DNA from: Centroscyllium fabricii
Lineage: Eukaryota
NCBI GenBank assembly: GCA_051313645.2
Contig: JBNRSN020000002.1
Span: forward strand, 562,898,001-562,962,000
Length of the DNA stretch: 64,000 nt
Direction of reading: 5' to 3'
This document shows, piece by piece, positions 1 to 12,316 of the stretch (positions within the stretch are counted from its first letter, which is position 1; each line of letters begins with the position of its first letter). The translations under genes were made by a program, and so were the position numbers. The notes beneath the pieces were generated by a model. The model did not search any database. It worked only from the letters and a program-made list of their open reading frames with translations, and was not told where the DNA came from.

Positions 1-2242
1 GGTGAGGTCTGAGTGGGAATGGAACGGTGAATTAAATTGACAGGCCACCGGAAGCTCGGGGTCACCCTTACGGACTGAGTGGTGTGTTCCACAAAGCGAT
101 CACCCAATCTGCGTTTGGTCTCCCCAGTGTAGAGGAGACCACATCGTGAGCAGCGAATACAGTATACTAGATTGCAAGAAGTACAAGTAAATCGCTGTTT
201 CACCTGGAAGGGGTATTTGGGGCCCTGGACAGTGGGAAGGGGGGAGGTGTAAGGGCAGGTGTTGCATCTCCTGCGCTTGCACAGGAAGGTGCCGGGCGAA
301 GGGGAAGGGGTGCTGGGGGTGGTAGAGGAGTGGACTAGGGTGTCTCGGAGGGAGCGGTCCCTACGGAATGCTGAAAGGGGAGGGGAAGATGCGTTTGGTC
401 GTGGGATCACGCTGGAGGTGGCAGAAATGGCGGAGGATGATCCGTTGAATGTGAAGGCTGGTGGGGTGAAAGGTGAGGACAAGGGGAACCCTATCGTGGT
501 TCCGGGAGGGAGGGACAGGGGTGAGCGCTGAAGTGCGGGAGATTGAATGGACCCGGTCGAGGGCCGTGTCAACCACAGTAGAGGGGAATCCTCGGTTGAG
601 GAAAATGGAAGACATGTTGGAAGCACTGGTGTGGAAGGTGGCATCGTCGGAGCAGATGTGGCAGAGACGGAGAAACTGGGAGAATGGATAGAGTCCTTAC
701 AGGAGGCGGGGTGGGAGGAAGTGTAGTCCAGGTAGCTGTGGGAGTCGGTGGGCTTGTAGTGAATGTTGGTCAATAACCTACCCCCAGAGATGGAGACGGA
801 GATGTCGAGGAAGGGAAGAGTCGGAGATGGACCATGTGAAGGTGAGGGAAGGGTGGAAATTGGAGGCAAAGTGAATGAAATTGTCTAGTTCAGGGCGAGA
901 GCAGGAAATGGCACTGATACAGTCATCAATGTATCGGAAAAAGAGGTGAGGGAGGGAACCCGAGCAGGACTGGAACAAAGAGTGTTCCACATATCCCACG
1001 AAAAGGCAGGCACAGCTAAAGCCCATGCGGGTTCCCATAGCAACACCTTTAATTTGGAGGAAATCACTGGAGTCAAAGGAGAAGTTGTTCAATGTGAGAA
1101 CAAGTTCAGCCAGGCGGAGGAGGGTGGTGGTGGATGGGGACTGGTTGGGCCTCTGTTCAAGGAAGAAGCGGAGTGCCCTCAGGCCATCCTGGTGGGGGAA
1201 TGGAGATGTAGAGGGATTGGATGTCCATGGTGAAAAGGAAGCGGTTGGAGCCAGGAAACTGGAAACTGTCGAAGTGGCAGAGGGCGTCAAAAGAGTCACG
1301 GATGTAGGTGGGAAGAAACTGGACAAGGGGAGCAAAGATAGGGACGAGATAGGAAGAGATAAGTTCCATGGGGCAAAAACAGGCTGAAACAATGGGTCTA
1401 CCAGGGCAGTCCTGTTTGTGGATCTTGGGAAGGAGGTAGAAACGGGCTGTGCGGGGTTGGGTGACTGAGGTTGGTGGCTGCGGGGGGGAAATCTCCAGAG
1501 GCGATGAGATCAGTGACAGTCTTGGAAATGGTGGTTTGATGTTCGGTAGTGGGGTCATGGTCCCGGTGGAGGTAGGAGGAGGTGTCGGAGAGTTGGTGTT
1601 CAGCTTCCACTAAGTAGAGGTCGGTTCGCCAAACAACAACAGCGCCACCCTTGTCAACAGGTTTAATGACAATGTCGGGGTTGGATCTGAGAGAATGGAG
1701 TGCTGCAAGTTCAGGGAGGTAGGTTGGAGTGAGTGAGGGGAGCGGAGAAATGGAGACGGCTGATGTTGCAGCGGCAGTTAGCAATGAAAAGATCTAGAGA
1801 GGGTCGGAGGCCAGAGGGAGGGGTCCAGGCGGAACGAGAATTCTGAAAACTGGAGAACGGGTCAGCCGTGTGGGGGGAAGACCCCAGGCCTAAGAAGTGG
1901 GCACGGAGACGAAGGCGTCGGAAAAAGAACTCCGCATCGTGCCGAGCTCGAAATTCATTGAGGTGGGGGCGTGAGGGGATGAAGCTCAGGCCTTTGCTGA
2001 GGACTGATCGTTCAGGGTCAGAGAGGGGAAGGTCAGAGGGGATAGTGAAAACCCGGCAGGGGGTGAGATTGGGAGAAGGGGGGTCAGAGGAAAGTGAAGG
2101 GGAAGAAGGTTCCGGAGGGGCGTTGGTGTTCAAGAGTTGATGAAGCTTGCAATCATTGACAATAGAAAGGAAGAAAAAAAGCTTTTTGTTGAAGCGTCGG
2201 ATGAGTCGAAGGATGAAACGGAACTGTGGACCCGGACAGCTT
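1..2242 (-). mobile_element. Penelope-like retroelement (RT + GIY-YIG endonuclease), frameshifted, runs off window start
   Basis: Minus-strand ORF pieces carry PLE motifs: LSKGLSFIP, DIVIKPVDKGGAVVVW, RFYLLPKIHK..GRPIVSAC, TMDIQSLY, QIKGVAMGTRMG, FRYIDD, VPLVLTFHP. Bases 1-200 translate to a GIY-YIG-like segment (LVYCIRCSRCGLLYTGETKRRLGDRF). Confidence 0.9.
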
Positions 2243-2299
2243 GATGTTTATAACGCCTTCACCGACCCCCTTATCCCAACAGCAGATCATATTGGCACT

Positions 2300-2698
2300 T
2301 TCTGGAGCAGGAGTTGGCCATTCGGCCCCTCGAGCCTGATCCGCCATTCAATAAGATCATGGCTGATCTGATCTTGGCCTCAACACCACTTCCCCACCCG
2401 TTCCCCATAACCCTCGACTCCCCTGTTGCTCAAAAATCTGTCTGTCTCCACCTTGAATATACTCACTGACTCCGCCTCCACAGCTCTCTGGGGTAGAGAA
2501 TTCCAAAGATTCACGACCCTCTGAGAGAAGAAATTCCTCCTCATCTCCATTTTAAAAGGGCGACCCCCTTATTCTGAAACTATGCCCTCTAGTTCTGGAT
2601 TCCCCCACGAGGGGAAACATCCTCTCTGCATCTACCCTGTCGAGCCCCCTCAGAATCTTATATGTTTCAATAAGATCACCTCTCATTCTTCTAAACTC
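2300..2698 (-). mobile_element. CR1 LINE 3' fragment
   Basis: Reverse complement encodes the CR1 ORF2 C-terminus (RMRGDLIETYKIL...RRNFFSQRVVNLWNSLP) plus the shared 3' tail. Confidence 0.85.
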
Positions 2699-3689
2699 AT
2701 TAGAGGGACAGTTGTTGCATTGTGAAAATCCATTCCCACAACATTATTTTCCGGAATTGAATTGTAGTGCCTGCAGCTGTCTTAATGCAAAAGCTCATAA
2801 CTCATTTGAACCTTTTGTGCTGCATATCTATTCCTGTGCCTGAGACGGAAGGGCGCGTGCAGCACTGGAAGTGTTTCTGAAGTTCCACATAACCTTCTTA
2901 TCAGAGTTGAACAGATGGCAGTCGCTAAAGAGAGAAAAATCCAGTCGTTTTTTTTTAACCTGCATAAAATCCGAGGCGTTTGCTTTGAAAGAGCAAAACA
3001 CCTTCGGATTAAAAAGAAAATATTGAGTCAGCGGTGCACCTGTGGAAGATAAATCATTGAAGTGCTGCCGCAATGACTGGCAGATAATGTGAACAAAAAC
3101 TGAGTTGTAATGGTTCATCAAATTAAATGGAGTGAATTCAGACAATCAAATTACGAGCACAGCAACATTAATGCCTTAATTGGCTTTGCAAAGAATTGGG
3201 AGTTAATTAGTTTTACAGCAATGTGTCGCAAGGTCTTCAAATGAAGGAATTGTACAATTCGGTACCGCTGAGCTCATTTTCAGCTTTTACTTCTGATTCT
3301 GAAGACCACACAGTTTGCGAATCGCTCCTGATAATTAGTTGCACCCTCCTGGGGTCAAGCCAGAGTGCATCGCTTGGTACTGCCCGCAGCATAGGGAATG
3401 ATGGCTTTGCACCTGAGGGGACAACAGCATTATTTACAGCAAATACAATAGACAATTAATGGTGGAACTCTGTATGAGTGCCTTTGACACTAAGTACAGG
3501 GCCTGAAAAGTGCATTCCTTCATAGCGAGAGAGTGGTCTTCCTGGCTGGAGAGTCTCGAACCAGGGGTCACAGCCTCAGGATAAGGGGTCAGCCACTTAG
3601 GACTGAGATGAGGAGAAATTTCTTCGCTCAGAGGGTGGTGATTCTTTGGAATTCTCTACCCCAGAGGGCTGTGGAGCTGGGGTAGAGAA

Positions 3690-4116
3690 ACCATACTGAC
3701 AAGCTGCACCATCTCGGACCGGAAGGCCCTGCAGCGGGTAGTCAAAACTGTCCAACGAATCACCGGCACCCAGCTACCGTCAATTGAATGCACCTACCTC
3801 AAACGCTGCCCACGGAGGTCTCTGAACATTATTAAAGACCCCACACACCCCAGCCACAGTCTGTTCGCCCCCCTTGCCCTCCGGGAGACGCTACAGATCA
3901 ATCCGCACCCGCACGACTAGATTCAAGAACAGCTTCTTCCCCAGGGCTGTCAGCCTCCTGAACTCTAACAAAAAACTCCAGTATCTGCACACCTGAAATG
4001 TACTTTACTGTATGCAATTGTATGTAAATTATTTGCACTACTCTCGGGAGCGGCGAGTCTTCGTTTTGTTGTATTGTACTAGTACTCTGCAATGACAATA
4101 AAACTTGAATTGAATT
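3690..4116 (+). mobile_element. Rex1/Babar LINE 3' fragment inserted in a CR1 fragment (about 3535-4180)
   Basis: Homologous to the 3' end of the Rex1 copy at 53993-55715 (DRKALQRVVKT, RTTRFKNSFFPRAVSLLN). Ends AATAAAAC(TTGAA)n; CR1 sequence resumes after 4117. Confidence 0.8.
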
Positions 4117-4180
4117 GTGGAGGCTCAGTCGTTGAGTATATTCAAGACAGAGATCCAGAGATTTTGGGCTAACAAGGGAT

Positions 4181-4365
4181 ATAGAAACATAGAAGATAGG
4201 AGCAGGAGTAGGCCATTCGACCCTTCGAGCCTGCTCCGCCATTCAATGAGATCATGGCTGATCATCCAAACCCAGCACTCTGTCCCTGCCTTGTCCCCAT
4301 ATCCCTCGATCCCTATCGGGCCTACACCGACACATATCCCACCCTATCCCCGTAACCCCACATAT
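4181..4365 (-). mobile_element. HE1-type SINE 3' half
   Basis: Begins TAGAAACATAGAAGATAGGAGCAGGAGTAGGCCATTCG, the tail shared by more than 20 copies in the window. Confidence 0.8.
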
Positions 4366-4552
4366 TAGAAATGGCCGCTGCACATGCGCAGACCATTCAA
4401 AATGGCCGCTGCGCATGCGCAGACCATTCAAAACGGGGAGAGGCCCGCGCACCGCAAGCGTCCCTGGGATCACGTGGGCTGGCCAGCGGGATTCGTGCTG
4501 GACCACCGAAGGTGCCGAGTTATCGGGTGCCGGATTAACAGTGCACCACCTG
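4366..4552. mobile_element. Partial Tigger/pogo-like MITE
   Basis: Right TIR-like end GTGCCGGATTAACAGTGCACCACCTG and two GCATGCGCAGACCATTCAAAA modules. Confidence 0.6.
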
Positions 4553-5454
4553 CAATAAAATCATTTGGGACAATACTCGAGCAGCAATCAGTGAGTGAGA
4601 TCAGCGACTTAACTGAAATTGTGAAGTTGAACACCCCTCCGATACAGCACTGGTTGAACATTCTTCCAGCTGCTAAATCAGATTATCTCTGACTGTGGGG
4701 AAAATGGCAAGATCACAAGGTTTTCAAACATAAGGGGCATACTGGCTTCTTTACTCGGTTGTTATACATAAGGTCTTCCAGCAGCCTGTTAAACCGTAAA
4801 AGAAAATCAAATAAATCTTTATTCTTTCGTGGAGCCAGGACATCGTGGCCCTTTGAGAGATTTCATTGACGAAATCCTGGGAGGGTCACACGCCATGTCA
4901 GCCTTTCATTTTATAAGCATCTTCAAAGCAAAGAATTATTAATACCCTGAAATCAAACTATAGGGTCAGGATGCTGAATCCGTTCCCCCTGCGCTGTTTC
5001 AACAAATGCGTCAACCCTTTTATTTTAAACAGACTAGCACCTCCGTAAAACCATCCGTGAGGGGAGGGATTTCAGATAAATGTGCTCAGTGTCTCTGGGC
5101 CAATGAAGTGTTATATTTTTTCGAATGAAAATATATCTGTATCGGTACTTTTCCAAATAGGATGTTATGGAAAGTTAAAAGACTTATTTATAAAGACAAG
5201 TTGGCATGAGAAAGAAGACTTGCATTTATATAGCACCTTTCAGAACGTCCCAATGCTATTTATAGCCAATGAAGTACTTTTTCTCTTGATGTGTTATTGT
5301 TGTAATGCAGGAAATCCATTTGCTAATGTGCTTACAAGAGTTTGGGTTGAACTGCAAGGCCTGTGTCATAGGCCGAACTCTGAATCAGTGGCGTCAGTAA
5401 CTAAATCCTTGAATTGCACCAAAACTAACCTGCCCCGTGCAAAGTAACTGAATT

Positions 5455-5853
5455 TCCCAGAACAAGCGCTCTACTAGGAGCTCCGACACAGCAAGAGAGC
5501 CCCAGGTGGGCAGAGGAAATGCTTCAAGGACACCCTCAAAGTCTACTTAAAAAAGTGCAACATCCCCCACCATCGACACCTGGGAATCCCTGGCCCAAAA
5601 CCGCACGAAGTGGAGGAGAAGCATCCGGGAAGGCGGCGAACACCTCGAGTCTCTTCGACGGGAGCAAGCGCAAGGAGCGCTCGTCAACCCAAGCACCCCA
5701 CCCACCCGCCCCCTTCAACAACCGTCTGCCCCACCTGTGACAGAGACTGTAGGTCCCGCATTGGACTCATCAGTCACCTGAGAACTCATTTTTAATGTGG
5801 GAGCAAGTCATCCTCGGTTCTGAAGGACTGCCTAAGATAGAGATATAGATAGA
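5455..5853 (+). mobile_element. RTE-clade LINE 3' end
   Basis: Translates to KRAPGGQRKCFKDTLK...TWESLAQ...CPTCDRDCRSRIGLISHLRTH, the typical RTE C-terminus, followed by a simple-repeat tail. Confidence 0.8.
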
Positions 5854-6009
5854 GAACTGAACTTTAGCATGTTGTGATAGCTTTTCTTTCTTCTATTTTC
5901 CAATCATGGAGCGATTTAGTTTGTTAATAAAACCGCAAATTTTCTGATAACAGCCTACACTTCAGTGCAGTACTGAGACAGCGACGGATGAGACGTTAAA
6001 CCAAGGACC

Positions 6010-6840
6010 TGGCAGGTCCGCCCGATTTTGCCTCAAGTGGCCAATTAAATCCCCGCCGGTCAGCGCCGTTTTGAATACACACTTCTCAGTCAGGAAGCAT
6101 GGGGTGTCCTTTCAGATTCTGTGACCGGCCGGCTTTTGATTGACAGGCCTGAAAAGTTTCAGTAGCCAGAAACCACCAAGCCTGATTGACAGTTCTGAAG
6201 TGGTTGCTTTGTTTCAATGTTGACAGTGGATTGTGATGTCACAATCCAATGCAAACATTGAAACCACAAATCTAACAATTCAAGTGGCTTGACTGTTTGT
6301 TTGTGGTTTCACTGGAATGTAAACAGAAACTGATCCCCTGGGTGATTGACAGCTTGCTTCTCAGACACAGCTCGCAGCGTGATGTCTGTGAATGGCTGGC
6401 ATTTAAAGGTAAGTGATTTCTATTTTTTGGGGCTCTGAAGTTGTCACCCTTGGGTGGCAGCTGCACCTCCAGCATGGTGGAGGCTAGCAAGCTGCCGTGT
6501 GGCTACTGTGCCCATGCCTTGAAGGTGGCAGACACCCAGCTGATTGGATGCCCGCCACCTTTCAATGGCGGGGTTTGCACCAGGCGGGTTTTGGGTGGGA
6601 AGAGGGCGAAAATAGCTGGGGGCCCTTAAAATAGGATTACCCAGGCAATTAAGAGCCCTCAACGAGCTCATTGAGCATCCCCGCCGGTCAGCGGCAAACA
6701 TTCGGGGCGGGAAAACCCGCCCGAGGAAACTGGCAAATCGGCGGAGATCCAGCGGGGTGGCTTCCCGCCTGCCGGATTTGCGATTTTATCCCCCGCCCCG
6801 CCGGCAACCCGCACTCAGGGACCTTGGAAAATCTCCCCCC
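6010..6840. mobile_element. Harbinger-like non-autonomous DNA element, left end degraded
   Basis: Ends GGAAAATCTCCCCC. Shares internal blocks (GGCCAATTAA, GGGCCCTTAAAAT, CCCCGCCCCGCCGG) with 31818-32624. Confidence 0.55.
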
Positions 6841-7397
6841 TATTTTCTTGAAAATACATGGCTTTAACATGCAGGGGTTTGTATTGAAACTGAGATGATG
6901 CGGAATGACCTTTTTGTGTTCATAGAATCACAGAATGCTACAGCACAGAAGGAGGCCATTCGGCCCATCGTGCCTGTGCCGGCTCTCTGAACGAGCTCTC
7001 CGATTAGTCTCACCTCCCTGCTCTTGCCCGGCAGCCCTGCCACTTTTTTTCCCTTCAATATTTATCCTCTTCCCGTTTCAAAGTTATTATTAAATCTGCT
7101 TTCATCGCCCTTTCAGGCAGCGCATTCCAGATCACAACATCTCGCTGAGTGAATTTCTTTTCCTCATCTCGCCTCTGGTTCTTTTGCCAATCACCTTAAT
7201 TCCGTGTCCTCTGGTTACCGATCCTCCTGCCATTGGAAACAGATTCTCCTTATTTACTCCATCAAAACCCTGAAATCTTTCATCCCTGGTATCATTCGAG
7301 TAGATCTCCTCTGCACCCTCTCCAGGGCCTCTAATTTAGATGAACATGTGATCTAATTGGTTTTAGTTCTCCTTTTCCAGGATTCTTGTTTCTGATA

Positions 7398-7808
7398 ACA
7401 TAGAAACATAGAAGATAGGAGCATGAGTCGGCCATTCGGCCCCTCGAGCCTGCTCCGCCATTCAATGAGATCATGGCTGATCATCCAAACCCAGTACCCT
7501 GTCCCTGCCTTCTCCCCATATCCCTTGGTCCCCTTAGCCTTAAGAAATATATCTAACTCCTTCTTGAATATATTTAATGAATTGGCCTCTACGGCCTTCT
7601 GTGGTAGAGAATTCCACAGGTTCACCACTCTCTGGGTGAAGACATTCCTCATCTCTGTCCTAAATGGCTTACCCCTTATCCTTAGACTGTGACCCCTGGT
7701 TCTGGACTCCCCCGCCATTGGGAACATCCTTCCTTCATCTAGTCTGTCTAGTCCGGTTAGAATTTTATAAGTTTCAATGAGATCCCCTCTCATTCTTCTA
7801 AACTCTGG
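7398..7808 (-). mobile_element. CR1 (HER1-like) LINE 3' end
   Basis: ORF 7353-7967 contains EFRRMRGDLIETYKILTGLDRLD...QRVVNLWNSLPQKAVEA and the same tail as the HE1 SINEs. Confidence 0.85.
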
Positions 7809-8307
7809 CAAGTATAGAAACATAGAAGATAGGAGCAGGAGTAGGCCATTCGGCCCTTCGAGCCTGCTCCGCCATTCAATGAGATCATGGCTGATCATCC
7901 AAACCCAGTACTCTGTCCCTGCCCTCTCCCCATATCGCTCGATCCCTGTCGAACCTGCATATCCCACCCCACCCTATCCAGTGATCCTTGCTGGGAAGAT
8001 GGGGATTTGGGGTTAGGACACCGGTTTTCCATATTCAGGTCGTGTATGAAGGAGGACAAATGACACAAGGTGCCCAGGCATGACTGAGTGCCTTGGGGGG
8101 AAAAATAGGAAATAAACTGTTATACTTGCCTCAGCCCAATCAATATCATGAAATTAGTTTGTAACCTGAAGCAACTATTGATATCCCTGCAGCTGTCCAA
8201 TATATTGATGGAAATGTGTTAATCAGTGCTCCTCCATGAAAAGAATAATTACACATTGTCAGCCTTGCATGTAGACGAGAGGGCAATCCTTCAAAAATAA
8301 GATCCAT

Positions 8308-8622
8308 ATAGAAACATAGAAACTAGGAGCAGGAGTAGGCCATTCAGCCCTTCGAGCCTGCTCCGCCATTCAATGAGATCATGGCTGATCATCCAAACCC
8401 AGTAACCTGTCCCTGCCCTCTCCCCATATCCCTCGATCCCTATCGAGCCTGCACCCACACATATCCCACCCTATCCCCGTAACCCCACATATTCAATCCC
8501 CCTAACACTAAGGGTCAATTTATCCTGGCCAATCAACCTAACCCGCACATCTTTGGACTGTGGGAGGAAACCGGAGCACCCGGAGGAAACCCACGCAGAC
8601 ACGGGGAGAATGTGCAAACTCC
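8308..8622 (-). mobile_element. HE1-type V-SINE, 5' truncated
   Basis: V-domain (TGTGGGAGGAAACCGGAGCACCCGGAGGAAACCCACGCAGACACGGGGAGAATGTGCAAACTCC) plus CR1 tail. Confidence 0.85.
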
Positions 8623-8642
8623 ACGGTGCTCAACCAAATATA

Positions 8643-9068
8643 CTGGTTGAGCACCGTTAATCCGGCACCCGAGAAACCGGCAGCTTCAGACGTCCGGCAC
8701 AGAATTCCCCGAGTGGTCGGCGCATGCGCAGTGGTGCTCCTCACCGTTGCGAGTCGTCCGCCATCCCCGACTGGCCTGCGCATGCGCAGCGGCGCTCTTA
8801 GACGCTTCCCGCGCTTTACAAAAAAACCCTGTACCTGACATGAAGAAGGTCTGTGAGGCTTGGGCCCCGTGGAGTGTTGGACCGGGCTCCCTCCCGGGGC
8901 CTTTCCCGAATGTGCACTGGTCCCGACGACCATTCCGAATGTTCTGCGCATGCGAGCGGCCATTTTGAATGGTCGGCGCATGCGCTCGGGACTGCTTCAT
9001 TCGTTCGGGTTTTTGCAGTATTCCGGCACGGGCCTGGTCCCGGCCGTGCCGGATTAACAATGCTCAAC
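8643..9068. mobile_element. Tigger/pogo-like MITE
   Basis: TIRs GTTGAGCACCGTTAATCCGGCAC / GTGCCGGATTAACAATGCTCAAC; several GCGCATGCGC motifs. Confidence 0.75.
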
Positions 9069-9689
9069 GGAGGCGGTGGCATAGTGGTTATGTCACTAGA
9101 CTAGTAAGCCAGAGGCTCAGTCAAATGCTCTGAGGATATGGGTGTGGTAACCGTCTTACAGCTATATTACCACTGTATCACCATTGCTAATGATGGGCTG
9201 TGCAGTTGTTAGGCACAGCCCTGTTTACTATGACACTGCTGGGAACCAGGTCAGCCACACCCCCGACTCCTCCCCCAGGTGAGGCCCCGATATAGGTGTG
9301 GTCTGACCGAGGCTCCATCCATTCCTGTATAGTAGTTCGTAAGGAGAGTAGCTCCGTTCTTTAGTAATTAAAAGCCTTTAGTTTCGGTAACTACGCGTCG
9401 ACTCTTTTAATTGAAGACCTTGACGATACGTCAATGGGTTCAAATCCCACCACGGCAGCTGGTGGAATTTAAATTCAATTCAATTTAATTCTGGAATTAA
9501 ATGCTAGTCTTAGTAATGGCGACCATAATACCATTGTCGATTGTTGTAAAAACCCATCTGGTTCACTAATGTCCTTTAGGGAAGGAAATCTGCCGTCCTT
9601 ACCTGGTCTGGCGTACATGTGACTCCAGACCCACAGCAATGTAGTTGACTCTTAAAGCCCTCTGAAATGGCCTAGCAAGCCACTCAGTT
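9069..9689 (+). mobile_element. tRNA-derived SINE (second family), interrupted by a solo LTR
   Basis: A box GGTGGCATAGTGG and B box GGTTCAAATCC; near-identical to 19412-19900 and 33470-33944. Confidence 0.8.
9143..9433 (+). mobile_element. Solo LTR
   Basis: TG...CA termini, perfect 5-bp TSD ATGGG (9138-9142 / 9434-9438), ATTAAA signal. Ends related to 40656-40924 and 38473-38776. Confidence 0.8.
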
Positions 9690-10023
9690 AGAAACATAGA
9701 AACATAGAAGATAGGAGCAGGAGTAGGCCATTCGGCCCTTCGAGCCTGCTCCGCCATTCAATGAGATCATGGCTGATCATCCAAACCCAGCACCCCGTCC
9801 CTGCCTTCTCCCCATATCCCTCGATCCCTATCGTGCCTGTACTGACACATATCCCACCCTATCCCCGTAACCCCACATATTCAATCCCCCTAACACTAAG
9901 GGTCAATTGATCCTGGCCAATCAACCTAACCCGCACATCTTTGGACTGTGGGAGGAAACCGGAGCACCCGGAGGAAACCCACGCAGACACGGGGAGAATG
10001 TGCAAACTCCGCACAGATAGTCA
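9689..10023 (-). mobile_element. HE1-type V-SINE
   Basis: CR1-derived tail plus V-domain. Confidence 0.85.
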
Positions 10024-10034
10024 TTCAATAAGTA

Positions 10035-10382
10035 CAGGTCCGGCACCGTTAATCCGGAAACTTCAGTCGTCCGGAACAAATCCAGCCGACTGGTCTGCGT
10101 ATGTGCAAAATGGCCGCCGCGCTTGACTGCGCATGCCCGGGCCCCTGCCCGACTGGTTGCGCATGCGCAAAATGGCCGCCGCACTTGGCTGCGCATGCCC
10201 AGCCTCTCCCCAAACGATTGATGCTTCGGCGAGCGCATGCGCAGACCATTCAAAATGGCCACCGGCACACGCCATTTTGAATAGTCTGCGCATGCGCTCG
10301 CCGAAGCTTCAATCGTTCGGATTGTTCAGTAGTCCGGCACCGACCTGGTCCCGACCGTGCCTGATTAACGGTGTCGGACCTG
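10035..10382. mobile_element. Tigger/pogo-like MITE
   Basis: TA|CAGGTCCGGCACCGTTAATCCGG ... GATTAACGGTGTCGGACCTG TIRs. Confidence 0.8.
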
Positions 10383-11140
10383 TGCAACCAGTGGAGATTA
10401 CACAAAGGGCTAATTAGGTGGCTCAGAGGCCCCAGGAGGAGCAGTCGGACAATTCAGTCCCATCAGAAAAGAAATGAAAAGAGATGTTAGTCTACAAGAA
10501 AAACACCAAGGACAACATGGACTGTCTTCTTCTAACTTTAAGTTTAAAGTGAAGTACAAGCTGCGATACAGAACTGGCATCTGTTATGACACCCTGTTTA
10601 GGGGAAGAAGGAATAAAGCAGCTTTTAAATATCAATCTAGACTTGAACACTGCTTCAGGGCAGCTGCCTGGAGTTGTTCGTGAAATGTGGGCCGCATTCA
10701 GAATTATAGCTCTCAATCTGCAGTTTAAATAAAGTTGTTAATCCTGTTCAGTCTTGGAAAGCTGCCAGTGATGGGAAAGCAGGACATTTTGTTCAGGTCG
10801 TCAAACCATGATTCATCTCCGCCAGCAATAATGAACCATAAAGCCATGAAGGTTCCCCTGTTTGTGTAGATGATTGCCCAAAGAAACTGCAGTGGGTGCA
10901 TGGCCAGTAGTAATCATTCTATGGTAGTCAGCCGTAGCCAGGTAACTTCAAGGTGTGTCCAAATCGCGCGCCTCAAAACTCGATGCTGGTTAACACACTG
11001 GAGAATGTTGTTTCTCGTAGCTTCACACTCCTCCCCTTGGAAGATTTTAATCACTCTGGAATTCCCTCCCTAAACCTCTCTGCCTCTCTCCCTTCCTTTA
11101 AGATGCTCCGACCTCTTTGACCAAGCCACCTGTCCTAATA

Positions 11141-11455
11141 CAGGTTGAGCACCGTTAATCCGGCACCCTCGGGACCAGGCCGGTGCCGGACCATTGAAAA
11201 TTCCGAACCACTGAAGGTTCGGGGGTAGAACACTCCCCGGGGCCTGGAGCGCGCGGGTAGAACACTCCCCGGGAGGGAGCCCGGGGATGGAACACTAAAA
11301 AGCAGAAACACAAACGCCCAATGCCTTCGGCGCTCGCCCACCCTTCGCGGGAAACAGTGGCGCCACTGAGCGGCTGCTCCGCAAACTGAAGAGCGCCGGT
11401 TTTGATTCGTGCCGGACCACTGAAGATGCCGGACCATCAGGTGCCGGATTACCTG
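11141..11455. mobile_element. Tigger/pogo-like MITE inside an L2 3' fragment
   Basis: TA|CAGGTTGAGCACCGTTAATCCGGCAC ... GTGCCGGATTACCTG|TA (TA TSD). Confidence 0.75.
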
Positions 11456-11862
11456 TATCTCCTTGTGTGTGGCTCAGAGTCAGATTTTGTTTAATAATCT
11501 TGTGAAGCGCTGTGGGACGTTTTACAATGTTACAAGCTCTACATAAATGCAAGTTGCCGCTGTCAACTGTCAAAGTGTCACAGGTACGTGACACAGGGTC
11601 TGGTGGGTCAACCCGGTATAAAGTTTAAATCAACATGCCTGTTTCATTTGCAGATATCTTAAGTTGCTGACACCAACGGGTCTTGGCATCCTGATTTAGG
11701 AGTTAGCTGCCAATGAGGCAGCGGCACTAAGAACAGCCCATGCCAAACCTTTCGACCCACGATGTTCAAAACAGGACAAACCAGTGAATAGCAAATAAGG
11801 CCTAACAGGACTGAGCTACCTCGGGATGAGGCTGCCAGGGTTAGGGGAAACGAGGAACTGTC

Positions 11863-12316
11863 AGCCGTGGCTCAGTGGGCAGCACCCTCGCCTCTGAGCC
11901 AGAAGGTCGTGGGTTCAAGTCCCACTCCAGGGACTTGAGCACATAAATCTAGGCTGACGCTCCCAGTGCAGTGCTGAGGGAGTGCTGCACTGTCCACGGG
12001 GCCATCTTTTGGATGAGACGTTAAAACCGAGGCGCCGTCTGCTCTCTCAGGTGAACATAAAAGATCCCGCGGCACTATTTCGAAGTAGAGCAGAGGAGTT
12101 TTCCCCGGTGTCCTGGCCAATATTTTTCCCTCAATCAACATCACAAAAACAGATTATCTGATCATTATCACATTGCTGTTTGTGGGAGCTTGCTGTGCAC
12201 AAATTGACTGCCGCGTTTCCCACATTGTGACTACACTTCAAAAGTACTTCATTTGCTGTAAAGCGCTTTGAGACATCTGGTGGTCGTGAAAGGTGCTATA
12301 TAAATGCAAGTCTTTT
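11863..12316 (+). mobile_element. Deu-domain SINE (SacSINE1/AmnSINE-like), near full length
   Basis: tRNA head (GTGGCTCAGTGG ... GGTTCAAGTCC), central CAGTGCAGTGCTGAGGGAGTGCTGCACTG...GGATGAGACGTTAAA...AAAGATCCC..GGCACTATTTCGAAG, L2-like tail GCTATATAAATGCAAGTC. Confidence 0.75.
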
